Origin: Eledone cirrhosa
Taxonomy: Eukaryota
Length of the DNA stretch: 64,000 bases
NCBI GenBank assembly: GCA_964016885.1
Contig: OZ024752.1
Coordinates: forward strand, 42,904,001-42,968,000
Direction: 5' to 3'
Shown here: positions 61,262 to 64,000 of the stretch, one piece after another
Position numbering within the stretch: the first letter of the stretch is position 1
How the letters are laid out: each line of letters begins with the position of its first letter
Notes under the pieces: generated by a model
The model's input: only the letters and a program-made list of their open reading frames with translations
What the model was told of the DNA's origin: nothing
The model's database searches: none
Made by a program: the position numbers and the translations under genes

Positions 61262-61881
61262 CTGCCATTGAGAGAGAGCTGCTCCTTTTGATTTTTTCCA
61301 CCAAATTGTCAGCAATAAACTCAATCATATCTCCTTTCTGTACAATGGTGCCATGAGGCAAACTATGGTGAGAGGTCACTGTCAGCCGAACTGAGGACAT
61401 CTAATGAAGGGTCCTCAACAGAGCAGTGCCGCTTCTTACGCTCGTTATTTTGAATTGGTACGGGAAGGGACAATGAATGAGGGTCAAGTTTCTGCTGGAA
61501 ATCTAATTTACAAGCTTTTAATAACTCCACGTTTGAAATACTCCCATTGCCGATCTTTTCACTTAGTTTATCATCAAGACGGTTCCGTGCCATAGACACG
61601 AGGTTGTCGTTCTCTTCCACATTGTTCATGTCCTGCTGGTCAATACTCATATCTATACACTGTAGGCCATGGTTCAAGTTCATGTTAATTTCATGCTGTA
61701 GGAGTGCATCCTTGTTTCGTTGATGCAGCTCCTGGAGCTCAGAGGGAGCAAGGTGTAAGTCAGCGTCCCTCAGACTCCCAAAAGTGCCACTGTCAGGAGA
61801 ATGTTGGAAGATTGGGTTTGTCTCCATGGTAATTGGCTGGAGGCAGTCGCTAGCATCACTGCCACAGGATACAGCATCCAT
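61262..61881 (-). CDS. BORCS6: BORCS6-like first coding exon, with a +1 frame discontinuity near 61365-61400
   Basis: ORF 61881-61363 (172 aa) stops at TAG. The +1 frame continues SLPHGTIVQKGDMIEFIADNLVEKIKRSSSLSMA to a G|GTAAG donor at 61261. An acceptor lies upstream at 61979-61980. Confidence 0.7.
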
Positions 61882-62078
61882 GGTGTGGTCATCACATGAT
61901 CCACAGCTACTAGAGCGGGTATCCCCGACTGAGTCCCGGTTACTGCTGTGATGTTCCTCTGAATGACTTTCAGACAGCCTTTAAACAATAGAACAAAAAA
62001 AAAAGAAGTTTATTAATTTAAAATAAATCATCATTGTAATTAATACAAACACATATTAACCAATTAATCTTTTTGATA

Positions 62079-62307
62079 TTAACCCTTTAGCATTTACATT
62101 ACTATGTATATACTATTGTATTTTCGTGGTAAAGGCTTTATCTCACATAATTATTTCACATAATATGGAATCAATGAGATTTTGATGTTATTTATTTTGA
62201 GAACAATGCCTTACCTTCAGTATGAGTGGCAAGTTATGACTGGTTTGAACAGAATGAGGTGAGAGAATTCTGGCCGGTTATGGCCGGTTTAAATGCTAAA
62301 GGGTTAA
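62079..62307 (-). mobile_element. TTAA MITE copy, opposite orientation
   Basis: TTAA target sites and 14-bp TIRs. Confidence 0.8.
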
Positions 62308-62668
62308 ACTACCTTTAGTTCTATGATACAAAGCTATTTATTTTAAAGTGTTTGTATTTATCTAGAAACATTTCTAATGAAATACATTGCCTATCATTTT
62401 TAATTCTTCTTCTTCTTCGCCCACTTATTCCTTGGAGGGTCCTGTCAGAAGCAACCGTCTCCAACTGATCCGGTTGGATCCCCAAGCTCATGGGTGTTAT
62501 CCAACCATCTTGCTTGGGGTGTCTACCCCTGGGTCTCCTGCCACTTGCTTTTGCTCATAAAATCTGTCCAGCGATTCTTTTCCGAGATATTCTAACCACT
62601 TTTGAAACTAATCAAGAATTCAGTGGGATTTAGTAAAATAACTTTCTCATTATTAAGTAGGTATTTTG

Positions 62669-62856
62669 GGCGGTGGATTGGCAGTATCGGTAGAGGGTCG
62701 GACGCCATGCTTTGATGTATAGAGTTACGGTCCTTGCCATTGTGAGTTCAAATCCAGCCGAGGTTAACTTTGCCTTTCATCCTTACGGGGGTCGATAAAA
62801 TAAAGTACCAGTAATGCACTGGGATAATTGCTGGCCTTGTGCCAAAAGTAGAAACA
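62669..62856 (+). mobile_element. SINE family 1 copy
   Basis: Full head, core and tail. Confidence 0.85.
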
Positions 62857-63167
62857 ATTATTTAAGTTGGTTTTTGGAACAAAGTTTCTTACATAAAATT
62901 CTGATAAGAAATATAATCACTTTATAATAAATGGTTTTGTGTTGTAGAACTAGGGTCACTTTTAGGCAGTTTGGTACCAAAAGGGATAATCCTTCTGTTA
63001 CAACATTTCTAAGAACAAAACATTGTCTACTTTTAAAACTAAAGAATTTTGAGGGATTTTTCATTTTTAGGTTGTTGTTCAAAACAATTTTCTTACATAA
63101 GATTTATGAAAAGGAATTTTATTTATGGAATATATCATGTAAATAGAGTTTAATAGAAAAAGAAAAT

Positions 63168-63855
63168 TTAGATTGAGAAGAATGGAATGTAAAATAGGAA
63201 TATATAAAGAAAAAAGAAAAAAAGACCCAAGAAAAGGGAGGGAATGGCAAGGACTCTAGTGTCACAGAGGAATGGAAAGTGGGGAGGATGATTGAGCTGT
63301 GGGCCTAGGGCACAGCGGTAAAGGGGTTGCGCCCTGCGGACAAGACAGCAAAAGCGTTGCCACGCACAATAGTCAGCGACACCCACTGCAACAGCCACCC
63401 CACCTCGCTGGGCCCCTTCCTCAGACAAGCCACCGACTTTCTGATCTTGCGGAGGAGTTCAAAATTATGATGTGTATAAGAGGGATAAGTTGCAGTGTGC
63501 GGGAGAGAAGACTGCGTTGGTATGGACATGTGATGCGCATGGAGGATGACTCTTGGGTAAAGAAGTGCCAAGAAATCCCAGTAGAAGGAAGATGGTATGG
63601 ACATGTGATGCGCATGGAGGATGACTGCTGGTAAAGAAGTGCCAAGAAATCCCAGTAGAAGGAAGATGGTATGGACATGTGATGCGCATGGAGGATGACT
63701 GCTGGGTAAAGAAGTGCCAAGAAATCCCAGTAGAAGGAAGACGCAGTAGAGGAAGACCATGAAAAACATGAGAAGTGGTGAGAGCTGACCTCAGATCACT
63801 GAAGCTCATGGAGGAGATGATGGAAAAGCAGATGGAAAATGACTGATGATGATGA
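63168..63855. mobile_element. Second copy of the CRE(-)/RTE(+) composite repeat, with three 75-bp units
   Basis: Same left end and same chimeric junction as 33358-34310. Confidence 0.8.
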
Positions 63856-64000
63856 TATGTAATCCATAACTAAAATTAAAATACAGATATTATTCCCTAA
63901 AAGTGATGTCAATTATTCAATTATCTCACAACTAAGTGCAGCAACATGAGATATGGAAATCTAATAGTTATATATATTAAAAGTAACTAGTACATAGTCT

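Noticed and set aside
61363-61365. A-to-I recoding of the TAG stop as a rescue of BORCS6
   Set aside because: Read-through stays in the wrong frame and meets a TGA about 14 codons later.

Overview
AT-rich, microsatellite-dense animal genomic DNA. It is most likely a cephalopod such as Octopus, inferred from the SINE, RTE and Penelope content and the huge (TA)/(TATG) tracts; this is not proven. Two convergent spliced genes can be assembled by hand. (1) A 6-exon + strand gene (6141-35707) encodes a 224-aa type I membrane protein with a signal peptide and a 12-Cys ectodomain made of two 6-Cys modules. (2) A - strand BORCS6-like gene (61881-53199) has a U12-type last intron and an unexplained +1 frame break in its first coding exon. 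Intron 4 of gene 1 holds two intact, sense-oriented LINEs. One is an RTE element with three C-terminal C2H2 fingers. The other is an L1/Tx1-type two-ORF element that appears to be inserted in the RTE 3' UTR, and its inter-ORF spacer looks like a 53-nt intron that would fuse ORF1 to ORF2 in frame. The most striking non-coding signal is a set of fold-back elements embedded in (TA)n tracts, several with complete minimal type I hammerhead ribozyme cores (Penelope pLTR/retrozyme-like). Also present: tRNA-derived SINEs, TTAA MITEs, mariner, CRE and Penelope relics, and many minisatellites, several derived from TE fragments. Most long ORFs in the supplied track are microsatellite artefacts.
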